Shown in pieces: positions 24,765-38,800 of a DNA stretch of 64,000 nucleotides. The notes beneath the pieces were generated by a model. The model did no database searches, was not told the DNA's origin, and saw only the letters and a list, made by a program, of their open reading frames with translations. Position numbers and translations under genes: made by a program. The DNA comes from Mobula hypostoma (Eukaryota): NCBI RefSeq assembly GCF_963921235.1, contig NC_086097.1:143222001-143286000 (forward strand). Reading direction: 5' to 3'. Numbering within the stretch: position 1 is the stretch's first letter; each line of letters starts with the position of its first letter.

Positions 24765-26130
24765 GTTCAAAGTAACTTTATTATCCAAGTACATATATAA
24801 TACCACATATAATTCTGGGATTCATTTTCTTGCGGGCATGCACAATAAATCCATAATAGAATAATAACCATAATAGAGTCAATTAAAGACCGCACTAGCT
24901 GGGTTTTAACCAGTGTTTAAGACAAACTGTGCAAATGCAAAAGAAAGAGAAAATAATAAATAAATAAATAAGCAGTAAATATCAAGAACATGAGATGAAG
25001 AGTCTTTAAAAGTGAGTCCATTGGCTGTGGAAACGTATCAAAGATGGGGCAAGTGAAGTTATCACCCCTCAACTATCAGGCTCTTGAACTAATAGGGATA
25101 AGTGTTCCTGAACCTGGTGGTGTGATTCCTGAAGCTCCTGTACAACCACTTTGATGGCAGAAGTGAGAGGAGAGCTTGTCCTGGGTAGTGGGGGTCCCTG
25201 ATGATGAATGCTGCTTTCCTGCAACAATGCTTTATGTTGATGTGGTCAGTGCTAGAGAGGGCTTTATTACCCATGATGGACTGGGCCGTATCCATTAGTT
25301 TTTGTCATATTTTCCATTCAAAGGCATTAGTGTTTCCATACTAGGCCGCAATGCAGCCAGTCAATATACTTTCCACTGCACATCTATAGAAGTTTGTCAA
25401 TTTTTTAGATGTCATGCTGAAACCCCCCAAACCTCCAAGGAAGTAGAGGCACTGCCATACTTTCTTCATAATTGCACTTGTGTGGTGGGGCCAGGACAAG
25501 TGATGCGAAATAATAACACCAAGAAGTTTATAGTTGCTGACCCTCTCCAATTTTGATCCTCTGAGGACTGGCTCATGGACCCCTGGTTTCCTCCTGAAGT
25601 CAATAATCAGCTCCTTGATCTTGCTGACATTGAGTAAGGGGTTGTGGATATGTCACCACTCAGCTGGATTTTCATTCTCTCTCCTATACGCTGATTTGTC
25701 ACCACCTTTGATTCGGACTAAGACAGTGGTGTCATCAACAAACCTGATACACAGGCCATGGCCCAGTCCACCAAATTGAAGCAATCCTCTGCCTCCCACG
25801 ACCAACTCTTTGATCTTTAGCCTCTGCCTGTATGTAGATAGAAGGACAGTCAGGTGATCAGATCTATGGAAATGTGGTCTGGGCAGCAGGCATTCCATTA
25901 TCTTAGTATAACAGTGGTCTAGTGTGTTGCAACGTCCGGCTACAGGTTATATGCTGATAGTATCTGGACAGGGATTTCTTTAAACAAGCCAGGTTGAAGT
26001 ACTGATTTGAAATGTGTTGGGTTGGACTGTTTCTTGTTTGGAGACGGCAAAATGCACTACCTTGGGTGCTTGATTACAGTCTGCCGCTGGTGGTATGTAA
26101 ATGGCAATCAAAATAATGATGGAGAGCTCA
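24765..26130 (-). mobile_element. Rex1/Babar fragments (RT 3' part and endonuclease part)
   Basis: RFVDDTTVLVRI, NFYRCAVESILTGCI, IAIYIPPAAD. Confidence 0.75.
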
Positions 26131-26919
26131 AAGTTGGGGAACACGAGTTTGACAAAACCGCCACTTCGGAACACCACTGAAAGTTTATCATTTATGATAT
26201 TTAGTTCAAGGATGTATGCCCTCAGTCTGAGAAGGCAAATTTGTTGTCTTTAAAAACAGCCTCATTAACTTTTCAATACTGTGCTAGGGTGAAAAAAAAC
26301 AAACCAGGCATTAAGTCTCTGAAAGCGAGACTTGGAGCCGACAATTTTTAACTTGAAGCAAAAGTACACATTTAGAATTAAAGCTTTGACTGGTAGAGAA
26401 AATGTTGATCAACATCATAAAGTTAAATCAGGAGCATATAGTGGAAATGGTTATGGATGGTACTTATTCAGAAAGCTTTTGGAGCATTGCCTAGGATTTT
26501 ACTGACTGGAGACTGCTACCTGTACTCTCCGCTGAAGTGTATTGATATCACAAAGAGGGCAAAAAGCAGTGTTACTGACTAAAGGTAGTTTCTGCCTCCA
26601 AAAGCAAAAGTTCTAATGAATGTAACTCAAGTGGTCATCTTTATAATTTCTACCTTCAAAAGCGGATGTGATACAGAAGATAATTTGTGATACAAAGTCC
26701 TTTGTCCTTGATAAAATAAATAGATTTTTTTTGCTGTTGGAGGCCGAAATTTTCTTTCTGTCAGTATCATTGCTTGTTTTCCAAATTGCAACTGCAGCTA
26801 TGCAATCTCCACTGGAAATGTCGACTACATATCATAACTCTTGGACCTGCTGAGTTACTCTAGCAGTTTCTTTTTCATTTGGATGATAATTTGATTCTAT
26901 CCACCACTGGCTCAGGAGA

Positions 26920-27660
26920 CCTTGATTATTGCTACACAGCCATCAAAAACACCTACTGATCCATCCCCATCTACACCTGGGTAAGTCAGACCACCAATCT
27001 GTGCTTCTCCCTGTGTATAAATCCAAGCTGAATTGTGAGGATCGGGTATAAAGACACATAGTGCTCGTCTGTGGAAATGGAGGAGGTTTTATACAAGTAG
27101 TTTGAGTTGGTAGACTGGTCCATGTTCAAAGACTCAGTGGATGATCAAGATAATTAAGTTTGGCACAGACTTAATCATAAATTGTGTATGTAGCGCATTA
27201 TATACCAAAGTGTTCCCAGAACAGAAACCAGGTATGAACTGGAAGATCCACTCCTTACTGTGTGTATTGAATAGAAGGGGGATGGAATATCACCACCTGT
27301 CCTGATAATCTCCAGTGTACCTCTACCCACAGTCACTGTTGTAGATGTCCAATCTGTATTGTGCAGAGTGAACCTGCAGAAAGCATCTGTCCCAAATGGA
27401 GTCCTCGTATGTGTTCTTAGTTCCTGTGCAAATCAGCTGGTAGGAGTAATTGCGGACATCTTTAACCTCTCACTATTTCATTCTGAGGTTTCCACTTGCC
27501 TTAGGAAGACCATTATCATCCCAGTACCAAAGAAAAATAAAATACTATGTCTTAATGATTGCTGTTTGGTGGATCTGACATCCATCGCCATAATGATCCT
27601 CGAGAAGCTGTTTACAGGAAATATCAGTTCCTACCTCCCATGCAGCCTTGTCCCACTGTA
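26920..27660 (+). mobile_element. Degenerate Rex1/Babar EN-RT fragment
   Basis: CANQLVGVIADIFNLSL...IIPVPKK...LND. Confidence 0.7.
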
Positions 27661-28363
27661 ATCTCCCTGGCCCTAAGCTCGTCTCTGAGGCCTCATCACG
27701 GCTTTTCACTGAGGCTGTGATGCCAAAGTTGAGAGGAGGTGGATGTCTGCTGCTAGCATTTAGTAGCGTCAAGGTATGCTCGTAAAACTGAAGTCAATGT
27801 GCTTCAGTTCTTAGAATCATACCTCGCCTATAGGAAGATGTTCCTAACCATTGGAGGTTAATCATCCTCTAGCTCCAGGATATCACTACAGGAGTTCTTA
27901 GGTCTGTTTTATCAATTCAACCATCTTAACATTTAACAGCTTCATGAATGACTTCCCCTCCTCACATGTCAGAAGTCGGGATTTTTGTTGAATGCACAAT
28001 GCAATGCTCAATTCCATTTACAGGTTCTTAGCAAATGAAGTGGTCCTTGCTTATGCACAGTGGGACCAAGACAGTATTCAAGCATGGGCTGACAAGTGCT
28101 AAATTATTGTACCACAGAAGTCAGCCTACCTTTGATATTCAAAGGATTGCCATTGCTCTGCCTCTGTTAACATCTTGGGGCTTCCTTTGACTAGAAATCC
28201 GATGGGCCAAGCATGTAAATGCTCAGACTATAAGTGTAGGTCTTGAGTTAACCTTGTAACAAAAACAAACATGTAAGTGGATAAATGAAGAATTGATCTG
28301 CTGGGAGATGCCAGTAGTAGAGCTATCACAAAGCAATTTAACTTTTACATTTTTAATTCACAG

Positions 28364-28437
28364 AACAGAGACAAAGATGAAAAGGAGCCAGCAAATAAAC
28401 AGTTCAAAGAGGACGATGATGAAGAAGTAAAACATAG
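28364..28437 (+). CDS. CCDC12: CCDC12 coding exon 2 (NRDKDEKEPANKQFKEDDDEEVKH-R)
   Basis: Acceptor ttttaattcacag, donor gtgaga; 74 nt, phase 0 to 2; resembles vertebrate CCDC12 DKEDGEPKTKHLREEEEEGEKHR. Confidence 0.85.
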
Positions 28438-28592
28438 GTGAGAGGAATAATAACCATCCCAAGGTTATTTTTAAATTCTTTTGTCCTTTTCACAGGGGCT
28501 CATGTTGTAGCTCCAGTGTAAACTTGAGTTGAAACAATAGATGAAGAGATTGTACTGTGGAGAGCATTCTACAAACAAATTGGCTACATCAC

Positions 28593-28931
28593 CAACACAA
28601 AATAATCTGCAGATGATGTTGTCAAAGGAAGACTCACAATGCGCTGGAGGAACTCTGCAAGTCAGTCAGCATCAGTTGAAAAGATTAGTCGACGTTTCGG
28701 GCCGAAACCCTTCATCAGGACTGAAGGAAGAACTTTGGGGAGGGTTTGAAGAATGCTGGTAGTTGAAAAAAACAGTAATTTTAAAGACACGGGGTGGGGG
28801 AGGGGAAGCAGGGAGGTGATTGGCAGGAGAACAATGCAAAGTAGTAGAAGGAGGCGGAACTATGAGGGAGGTGATGTGAAATAGGGATAGAGGAAGGGAG
28901 GGGAGGGAATTACCGGAAGTTCGAGAATTCT
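28593..28931 (-). mobile_element. PLE 3' end inserted in a Rex1 3' fragment (host pieces about 28540-28592, 28931-29310, 30596-30655)
   Basis: ORF end NFR*, polypyrimidine UTR, hammerhead and tail like the PLE at 40921. Confidence 0.8.
28687..28722 (-). ncRNA. Minimal hammerhead ribozyme motif, core intact
   Basis: Reverse complement agtc-CTGATGA-a-ggg tttcgg ccc-GAAA-cg-TC/gact. Confidence 0.78.
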
Positions 28932-29310
28932 GGTATGGTGAGGGGGCACTGCACAGAAAGTTGTGAACTCAGTCAGCTTATCATGGGCACTAGCCTCCCC
29001 AGCATTCAGGACATCTTCAAGGAGCAATGCCTCAGAAAAGCGGCATCCATCATCAAGGACCCCCATCACCCAGGGCATGCCACTCCTCTCATTGCTACCA
29101 TCAGGGAGACAGTACAGGAGCCTGCAAGTACACACTTAATGATTCAGGAATAGCTTCTTGCCCTTTGCCATCCTATTTCTGAATGGACATTGATCCTATG
29201 AACACTACCTTACTACTTTGTTTTCCTCTTTGCACTGTTTATTTAAGTTTTAAAAATATATGTACTTAGTGTAATTTACAGTTTTTATTATTATGTATTG
29301 GAATGTACTG

Positions 29311-30595
29311 CTGTATGGACACTACAACAAACTGCAACTGCCCTTCAAATCCTTGGAGGAAGAATTCAAGGTAACAATAGCCAGAGAAGTGCTACAGTAT
29401 AGGGACTCAAGTGACCCGAAAGTGGCTAGAGCAGAGATCCAAGTAAGTACTGGCAGGAAGTGGAGGGCAGAGGAAGCTGTTCAGGAGGCAGAGGCGAGGC
29501 TGGTGGGAGTGGTCACACGAGGCCGAGCTGGGCTAGGATCCTTTCCAACTCCCCAAATGGACACCAGAGGGAAGGAAAGGCGTCGACTAGTTCAGGAGGA
29601 GATGAGAGCCTGCAAGCCGGTGGGAATGAAGCAACAGGGAGCTTGGACAAGATGGGAGAATGCGGTTGAGAGGAAAGTGACCTGGGCTGATCTTTGGAAA
29701 GCCGAACCACACCGCATCCAATTTCTCATCCAGGCAGTGTACGATGTGCTTCCAAGCCCATCAAACCTGCACACATGGGGCAAGGCACAATCATCTGTGT
29801 GCCCACTGTGCTCCAAGCGAGGAACCCTGGAGCAGATCCTCAGCGGCTGTGCAAGGGCACTTGGTGAGGGACGGTACAGGTGGAGGTATGATCAGGTCCT
29901 GAAGACCCATCGCTGAAGCCATCAGCGCAGGAGTTGAGTGGGCGAAGCGGTCCCGACCCTCCAAGCAGACCATTGCCTTTGTAAGAGCTGGGGAGCAGCC
30001 AATACCTGCCAAAAGAACATCTGCAGGCATTCTGACCTCTGCAAGGGACTGGCAGCTGTTGGTGGACCTCTAAGGGCAGCTGAAGTTCCCCAACCATATC
30101 GCAGCCACCACCCTGGGAACAGACATTGTCCTAGTGTCTGAGTCTACTAAGCAAGTGGTGCTGCTGAAGTTGACAGTCCCATGGGAAGATAGCTTGGAGG
30201 AGGCCTTTGAAAGGAAGCTCTCCAAGTACGCAGGGCTGGTCAGCAAATGTTACCAGGCTGGATGGAAGGCGAGGTGTCTCCCAGTGGAGATTGGTTGTAG
30301 GGGATTCGTAGCCCGTTCTTTAGTTAGAGCCTTCAGCATTTTGGGCATCGAGGGAGAGAGGAAGAGGGGAGCCATCTGTAGTACCCCCGATGTGGCAGAG
30401 AGGGCCTGAAGATGGCTGTGGCTCAAAAGAGGGCAGCCATGGAGTCATAAGTAGCTAGCCATCTGGACACAAGCTGGGGTCTGATCAGCCCCGGCTGGGT
30501 CACCTGGGGGAGGTTGTATGATGTTGAAAGACCCGAAACACCCGATGATTCCAGGAACATCACTGAAGATGTGTCCAGAAGCATCAATAGATGTA
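29311..30595 (+). mobile_element. HERO-clade non-LTR retrotransposon with restriction-like endonuclease, 5'-truncated
   Basis: TGRKWRAEEAV, YDVLPSPSNL, CPLC zinc knuckle, RYRWRYDQVL, DIVLVSESTKQVVLLKLTVPWE (decayed PD..E motif), PVEIGCRGF. Confidence 0.85.
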
Positions 30596-30789
30596 TGTAC
30601 ACAGCTGCCACATAACAAATTTCACAACAAATGTCAGTGATATTAAACCTGATTTTTGACCACTTGATCATATAGTTTAACTTTTTTTGATGTATTGTCC
30701 ACTGTCATTTTACAATCAATTGCAAAGGAGATCTTGTGTGGATTACTTTCACTATTATAGGACAAAATTGCAGCCAACAAAATGAGTAT

Positions 30790-33190
30790 CAGTTCATTAG
30801 GGATGCAGAATCAAAAAGGGTAGTAAATACAGTACTCTCTATTAGCTCAATGCGTGGACTATAAGAAATAAGGTGGATGATCTTGTTGTATTTTTACAGA
30901 TTGTTGGGTATAATGTTGTGGCCATCACTGAATCGTGGCTGAAGGATGGTTGTAGTTAGCAGCTGAATGTCCAAGGTTAGACATTGTATCAGAGGGTTAG
31001 GAAGGTAGGCAGAGGGGTGGCGTGGCTCTGCTGGTAAAGAATGGCATCAAATCATTAGAAAGATGTGAAATAGGACTGGAAGATATTGAATCCTTGTGGG
31101 TTGAGTTAAGAAACTGCAAGGATAAAAGTACCCTGATGACAGCCATATACAGGCTTCAAAAAAAGTATCTGAGATGTGGACTACAGATTACATTGGGCAT
31201 TAGAAAAGGTGTGTCAAAAGGGTAATGTTATGATAGTCATGGGAGATCTTAACATGCAGGTAGATTGGGAAAATCAAGTTGGTAATGGATCTCAAGAGTG
31301 AATTTGTTGAATGCCTTTAAGACAGCTTTTTAGAGCTGTTTGTTGTTGAGCCGACTAGTGGATCAGGTATACTGGATTGGGTGTTGTGTAATGAACTGGA
31401 GGTGATTAGGGAGCTTAAGGTAAAGGAACCCTTAGAAGACAGTGATCACAATATGACTGAGTTCAACTTGAAATTTGATAGGAGAAAGTAAAGTCTGAAG
31501 TGGCAGTATTTCAGTGGAGTAAAGGAAATTACAGCGGTATGAGAAAGGATTTGGCCAAAGTAAGTTGGAAGGAGATACTGGGAGGGATGACAGCAGAGCA
31601 GCAATGGCTTGAGTTTATGTGGAAAAATGAGGAAGATGCAGTATAGATGCATTTCAAAAATGAAGAAATACTCAAATAGCAAAATAGTACAACCGTTAGG
31701 ACCACTAGAAAATGAGACCAGAGAAATAATAACGGGGGACAAGGAGATGGCAGATGAACTAAATGAATATTTTGCATCAGTCTTCACTGTGGAAGACACT
31801 AGCAGTGTGCTAGGTGTTGAAGGATGTGAGGGAAGATAAGTGAGTGCAGTTACTATTATAGGGGAGAAAGTGCTTAAAAAGCTGAAAAACCTAAGGGTAC
31901 ATTTGTCACCCAGACAGATGAACTGCACCCTAGGTTTCTGAAAGAGGTAATGTTAGAGATTGAGGAGGCATCTTGCCTGACGAACTTGTTGGAATTCTTT
32001 GAGGAGGTTACAAGTAGGGTAGATAAAAGGGATGCAGTAGATGTGGTATATTTGGATTTTCAGAAGGCCTTGGACAAAGTGCCACACATGTGGCTGCTTA
32101 TGAAGTTAAGAGCCTATGGTATTACATGGAAAGTTACTGGCATGGTTAGCATATTGGCTGATTGGTGGGAGGCAGGGAGTGGGAATAAAAAGATCCTTTT
32201 GTGGTTGGCTGTCAGTGACTGCAGAGGTCAGTGTTGGGACTGCTTTTTATGCTGTATATAAATGATTTAGATGATGGAATAAATGGCTTTGTTGCCATTT
32301 TTGCAGCTGATATGAAGATTGGTGGAGGGGAGGTAGTGGTGAGAAAACAGGTGGACTGCAGAGGGACTTAGAGTAGGACAATAGGCAAGAGAGTGGCAAG
32401 TGAAATACAGTGTTGGAAAAAGCATGGTCATGCACTTTTGTAGAAGAAATAAATGTGCAAACTATTTGGTAAACAGGGAGAAAATCCAAAGATCTGAGTC
32501 CTTGTGCAGAACACCTTAAAGTTTAACTTGCAAATTGAGTAAGTAGTGACGAAGACGTATGCAATGTTAGCATTCATTTCAAGAGGTTTAGAATGTAAGA
32601 GCAGCGATGTAATGCCGAATCTTTATAAGGCTCTGGTGAGGCCTCACCTTGAGTATTGTGAACAGTTTTGGACTCCTTATCTAAGAAAAGATGTGCTGGA
32701 ATTGGAGAGGGTTTGGAGGAGGTTCACAAGGATGAATCTGAAAATGAAAGGGTTATCATATGAGGAATGTTTGATGGTTCTGGGTCTATACTTACTGGAA
32801 TTTAGAAGGATGGGGGGGATGTCATTGAAACCTTTTTGAATGTTGAAAGCCTAGATTGAGTAGATGTGGAAAGGTGGTTTCCCATGGTGGGGAAGTCTAG
32901 GTTAAGATAGCACAGCCTTAGGATAGAGGGGCGTTGAACTGAAACAGATACAGAGAAATTTCTTCAGCCAGAGGGTGGTGAATTTGTTAGCACAGGCAGC
33001 TGTGGAAGCCAGGTTATTGTGTGTATTTAAGGCAGAGATTGATAGGTTCTTGATTGTCCACAGCATCAAAGGTTATGATGGCTGGGCAGTGGGGCTGAGG
33101 AGGGGAAAAATGGATCAGCCATGATTGGGTGGTGGAGCAGACTTGATGGGCCAAATGGCCTAATTCTGTTCCTATGTCTTACGGTCTTTT
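30790..33190 (+). mobile_element. CR1 ORF2 with internal deletions
   Basis: ESLWVELRN, DVVYLDFQKALDKVPH, LVRPHLEYC; CR1-type tail. Confidence 0.85.
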
Positions 33191-33800
33191 TCATCCCAAA
33201 CTGAGAGGCACTGAGATTAACACCCTGATTATTGGATGGAATCAGCTGACTGAAGAGCAGTGATGGGGTTTAAAGAGGAGAACTGCATGGTTTTGTGGCC
33301 TGGTATTGTACTAGATTTAGCAGTCTCTTTAGTTTGGTTAAATCACTAACTTAAGTTTTTTAACAAAACAAAAACAACTGTCAGGCTGTAGTACTGCATA
33401 TTGGAATCTTTCCAATTGTCAGTGAGAATCACAAGTGATGTGTTTTGTTTTAAATCAACATAGAATAGTGGGAATAGAATTTCAGTCCTGTGATTTCCTC
33501 ATTTTTCAGCCCTCTGCATCGTGACTGCATGATGTTCCACGTATGGAGTAATTTGGGGAAGATCTGGTGAAATTATCTTCAGCCACACCTTTCCTATGTA
33601 TTTATTTTCACTTCTTCTGCTTTTCTTTACAATTGAGGCTGCCAGCAAACATTCAGATATTTTTCAATAATTTAGACAGATGTAAATATCACTCACCTCA
33701 TCAAAACTATTCTCTTATTAGATTAATCTCGGCTGCTCCCTATTTTGTGGGTGTTTCTTTCATAGAAAAGTGTCCAAATCAGTACTAAGTTAATTTAGAT

Positions 33801-33872
33801 CAGGGGTTCCCAACCTTTTTTATTCCATTACCATTAAGCATGGGGCCATGGACCCCAGGTTGGGAACCTCTG
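33801..33872. mobile_element. hAT-type MITE (72 bp)
   Basis: TIRs caggggttcccaacc and ggttgggaacctctg; TSD poorly preserved. Confidence 0.7.
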
Positions 33873-35809
33873 AATTGAGATCATCTTATCCTTAGAACTT
33901 AGTTGCATGGAGTAGATAATTTTATCTTAAGGTACTAAGGATTATTTTAACTGTGAAAGCATAAATCACCAATAGCAGGGCCTTATTCTGGTACAAGATA
34001 AAATCCTGAAGCTAGTAACTTTAGAACTATTCATTCTTTCCTTTCCCTTTGATGTTCAGATAACTTGTGAAGAGAGTCAGGATAAGATCAAGGCTAAAGT
34101 GTTCCTTGTCATTTGATTATGTTTCTTAGTGGATAAAGATATTTCATGCAAGTAAAAAGTTTCTTCCAGGTAGAAACTGTACACTTAAAATTGCTTTTGG
34201 TTAAATGCTGGAATCGGAACAAAATGTTGCTGGAAATGCCCGGCAGGTCAGATGGCTGAAAAAGATACAGCTAATGCTTTGGGTAAATTACCATTCTTCA
34301 GAAAAGAGTTGTGGAATCGGAATGAATTCATAGCGGTTTAAGATGTCTACAGTACAAAACTCACTTGATCTGCAGGAAGGTGCATTAAAGACAATTTTTA
34401 AAAATCACTACATAACTACATATAATTTTAAGGTGGGTTATACTAGGAAAGGAAGCACATCAGGAGAAAATTGAAATAAAAACAAAATAATAAAGGCAGA
34501 CAAACCAATACAATGAAACAAGGTTTTTTGGAATTTTGCATGCTGATGAATTCTCCAAAGATATGTTTATATATAGTATGTCACTGATAATCATTCAAGA
34601 AACTGTGAACAGCTTTTAATCTGTATTTGGGTGGTATTCTTTGAAAGAGGAATGCTGACTATTATACAATGAGTATTTCCTGATGGAACAGTGCATGATT
34701 GGCTGGAATTTGGCATAATGTCTATTTGGAAAGTCTGTCAGCCCAGATCACTTGGCATTCCTCTTCACTGTACAGGACTATCAGACTAGATTTTGTGTTT
34801 AAGATCTGGGTTTGGATTTGTAAAGCAGCAGACTTGCTGTGTGTCATTGAAAAGGCAGGTGCAAAGTTAGTTATCCATCAATGACAAGACCTATAATAAA
34901 AACCTGTTTTGTCTCTGTTATTTACTTTAGAAGGAAGGGCAGGGCATATTCGAAAAATTCTTGTTGAGAAATGAACAGATTTCTCAATGAGCTAAGACAA
35001 GTTGATGCTGTTTTTTTTTTCCCAGGCTGCTTCAATCACTTGGAAGCTTACAAGATGTTCCTGATATGTTAACATCCTTGTTAGTTAATAATCCAAGGGC
35101 AGAATTTAAATGTTCACTCTTGGCCTTTATAATCATAGAAATTTAATTGAGTGGCTCTTGGTGTATTCTTGCAACATATTTTTGATTTGTCATAATTGAA
35201 TGAAAAGAGAAGGAAATTAAAACGAAAAAAGTCTTGACTAATGTGCCATGCCTTGCCTTGCCCTACCCGAACTTTTTTGCCCATCGTTTCTTTTCCCAGT
35301 AGCTTTTGATTGACATCTATTTACTTTTATAGGAAAATATTTGCATTTAATAGAGCACTTTTCACCACATCTGAATCATAAATCATTTTGCAACCAAAGA
35401 AGTAAAGTAAAATGTTCTGTCACATCTCACTGTAATGTCTTAATATTCCCCAGTTTTGTAAAGCAATGTGTGTCTCTGTTTAGTAAGCTAATACAGCTTG
35501 CATTCTGAATAATACCTTCCTGAGTCATTTTTCATTCCCTCATAATTTGACTTCATCCCCAATTTGTATCCCTTCTGATACTATTGCTGTGGATGAAAAT
35601 AAACCATATCTGAAGTAAACAATTGAAAAACTACTTGACTAGCACATTGTGCATTTTATTTCAGACTTTTCTGGCCATTCTCACTAGCCATCTGAGTTAT
35701 AATTCTTAGTGCTTCTGCTTCGTAAGACCTCTTGTATACATTTCTTCATCACCACCATCTTATTTGCCAGTTTTCATTTGGGTACATTTGTCAATGCCCT
35801 CTGAACCAG

Positions 35810-38800
35810 AGCCATAGAGTGGTACACCACAGAAATGGGTCCTTCAGTCCAACATGCCCATGTCAACCAGTTGCCTATTTAAGCTAGTCTTACTTGCCCA
35901 CATTCGGCCCAGAACGCTCCAGACTCCTTTTAATTCCAGTTTCCTTTTTAAATAATTTTATACCAGCCTCAATCATATCCTGACAGCTTGGTCCTACCAA
36001 AGAGCAACACCTCACACTTGTCCACATTAAGTTCCATCTATCATTTTTCAGCACATTTTTCTGCTGGTCCCGATCCCGCTGCAAGCTCTGATAGTCTTCC
36101 TCGCTGTCCACTACTTCCTGAATCTTGGTGTTATCCACAGATTTGCTGATCCAGTTAACCACATTATCATCCAGCTCATTGATATAGATGTAATGCCCTG
36201 CTTAAGATTTCTACTGCTTGGATGTGAGGTATTTTTATTTTTACAGTTTTTGGCAAAAGCAGTGTATCCTGTTAGTAAGAGTGCTTTGGCTAAAGATGAG
36301 GAGCCACTTTGTCCAACTTAGCAATGTTGTGTCAGCCAGTCAGGTTTGTCTTGGTAGGTGTAACTTCCTGCTCAGTGGTATGCTACGGAAGATTCGAGAA
36401 AGCTGGGTGGGATCAAATCTCTGAAGGACAGTAGTCTGGTTTGGGGTCTTTTGGCAGAAGATGCGGAGAGAAGAGCACAAGGAAAGATGCTTGGAGGATC
36501 CCACCAAGGGGGACCCTAATTGCAAGGAGTGCTTTGTGCAGACGAATGGTTCCAAGGAGGAAAGTTCTGCCTGTGGTTGGTGATGGGAATTCTGGGTGTG
36601 AGTAAAGCAATGCACCCAACTACTACAGAAATGTGCTCCAACGTTTATGTGCACATTTAGACTGGTTTAACTGTAAAGGGCGGTTTTATTTTTTTTTCTT
36701 TATTCTGTTAACTATTTTTAAGTTTGAAATATTGGTAAATATATTTCCTTTGTAATTTTATGCCAGTGTATGATCCATCATTTTTCTGGCAAACAATAAC
36801 TTTGTATGAGGCAGTACTTACACAGCATCCATGACAATCAATGTTCTTTAATTGGAACATCCCAACTTTCCTGCTTGGTTAAACCCAAATCATACTGACC
36901 CTAGATGTGTATTGCTTATGGAAGGTGGCCTTCTCACCCCCGAATCACGTGGCTGTCAGCAGAGTAAGCTAATGAGCCAAGTTTGTTACAAGCCCTGGTA
37001 AGAGGGTTGCATAGATCACAAACAACAACTGACCCGGCACCAGTCCCTGTGGTACTTCACTAGTCACAGGCCACCAGTCAGAGAGGCACTCATCTGCTAC
37101 CACTCTCTGGCTTCTCCCACTAAGCCAACGTCTAATCCAATTCACTAGCTCGTCTTGAATGCCAAGCAACTGAACCTTTCTGAGCAACCTCCCATGTGGG
37201 ACCTTGTCAAATGCCTTACCAAGGTTCATGTAGACAGCATCCACTACCTTGCCTTCAACTTTCTTAGTAACTTCCTCAAACTCTACGAGCTTAGTTCAAT
37301 TTGATTTACCATGCACGAAGCTATGCTGACTATCCCTAAGCAGGCCCTGTCTATCCAAATACTTGTATATCTGGTCCCGCAGAGTACCTTCCAATAACTT
37401 TCCCACTGCTGATGTCAGGTTCACAGGCCTATAATTTTCTGTTTTTTTTTTGAGCCTTTCTTGAGCAGCGGAGCGTCATTAGCTATCCGCCAATATCTCA
37501 CCCTTTGCTGAGGATGATTAAGGTAAATATCTCTGCTAAGGCCCCTGCAATTTCTGTGCTTGCATCCCACAGGGTCTGAGGGAACGCATTGTCAGGCTTC
37601 AAGACAGCAACCACCTCCCCTGTAATTTGTATAGGGTCCATAACCTGGCTGCTTCTTTGCTTCACTTTTGTAGACTCAGTGTACGTCTCCCAAGTAAATA
37701 CGGATACAAAAGATCCACTTATGATCTCCCCCATCTCTTTTGGCTCCATGTTTAGATTATCATTCTGATCTTCCAATGGACCAATTTTGTCTCTTGCAAT
37801 CCATTTGCATTTAGCATATCTTTGGACTCCCTTAGGAGTCTCCACCTTGCCTGCTAGAGCAACCACGTCCTGCCTTTAGCTCTCTTGATTTCTTTTTCAA
37901 ATGTTCTCATGTATTTCTTATACTCCATAAGTACCTCATTTGTTCCTACCTGCTTGTATTTGCTGTGCATCTCCTTTTGTTTTCTTAACCAGGGCCTCAA
38001 TATCTCTCAAAAACAAGGTTTCCTAAACTTGTTACTTTACCTTTTATTCTGACAAGCACATACTAGCTTTGTACTCTCAAAATATTACTTTTGAAAGCCT
38101 CCCACTTACTAAGTACACCTTTGCCAGAAAACAGCCTGTCCCACTCCACACTTGCCAGATACTTTCTGATCCTATCAAACTAGGCTTTACTCCAATTTAG
38201 AATCTCAACTTGCAGACCAGCCATTGGTCCCAACGGATCACCCAGACCTATCTTTTTCCATGTTTTCCATTACTTTGAAAGTAATGGCATTGTGATCACT
38301 AGGTGCAAAGTGTTCCCTTACAGAAACTTTTGTCACCTGCCCTTTCTCATTCCCTAACAGGAGAGCACTCTCGTTGGGACTTCTGTGTTCTGATTAAGGA
38401 AACTTTCCTGAACACATTTGACAAACTATCACATCTAGTCCTTTTAGAGTATGTAAGTACCCAGCAATATGTGGAAAGATAAAACCACCTACTATAACAA
38501 CCTTGTGTTTCTTGCAACAAGTCTGCGGTCTCTACAAATTTGTTCCTCTAAATGCCACACACTGTTGGGTGGTCTATAAAATAGCCACATTAACATGTTC
38601 ATACCTTTCTGTTTTTCCCACTTCCATCTATAAAGCCTCATTAGATGAGTTCTGCAGTCTGAATGGACTGAGAACTGCCGTGGCATATTCCCTGACTTCC
38701 CTGACCCCTTCCCCTTTAATCCATGATTCCATTGTTTTAAATGCAACAAAGGCTCACAAATGACTACAATATCATAATTCCATGTATTATCTATACCCTG

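Noticed and set aside
29293..29916. 207-aa ORF as a host gene
   Set aside because: Fragment of a 5'-truncated HERO element; its ATG comes from flanking Rex1 UTR
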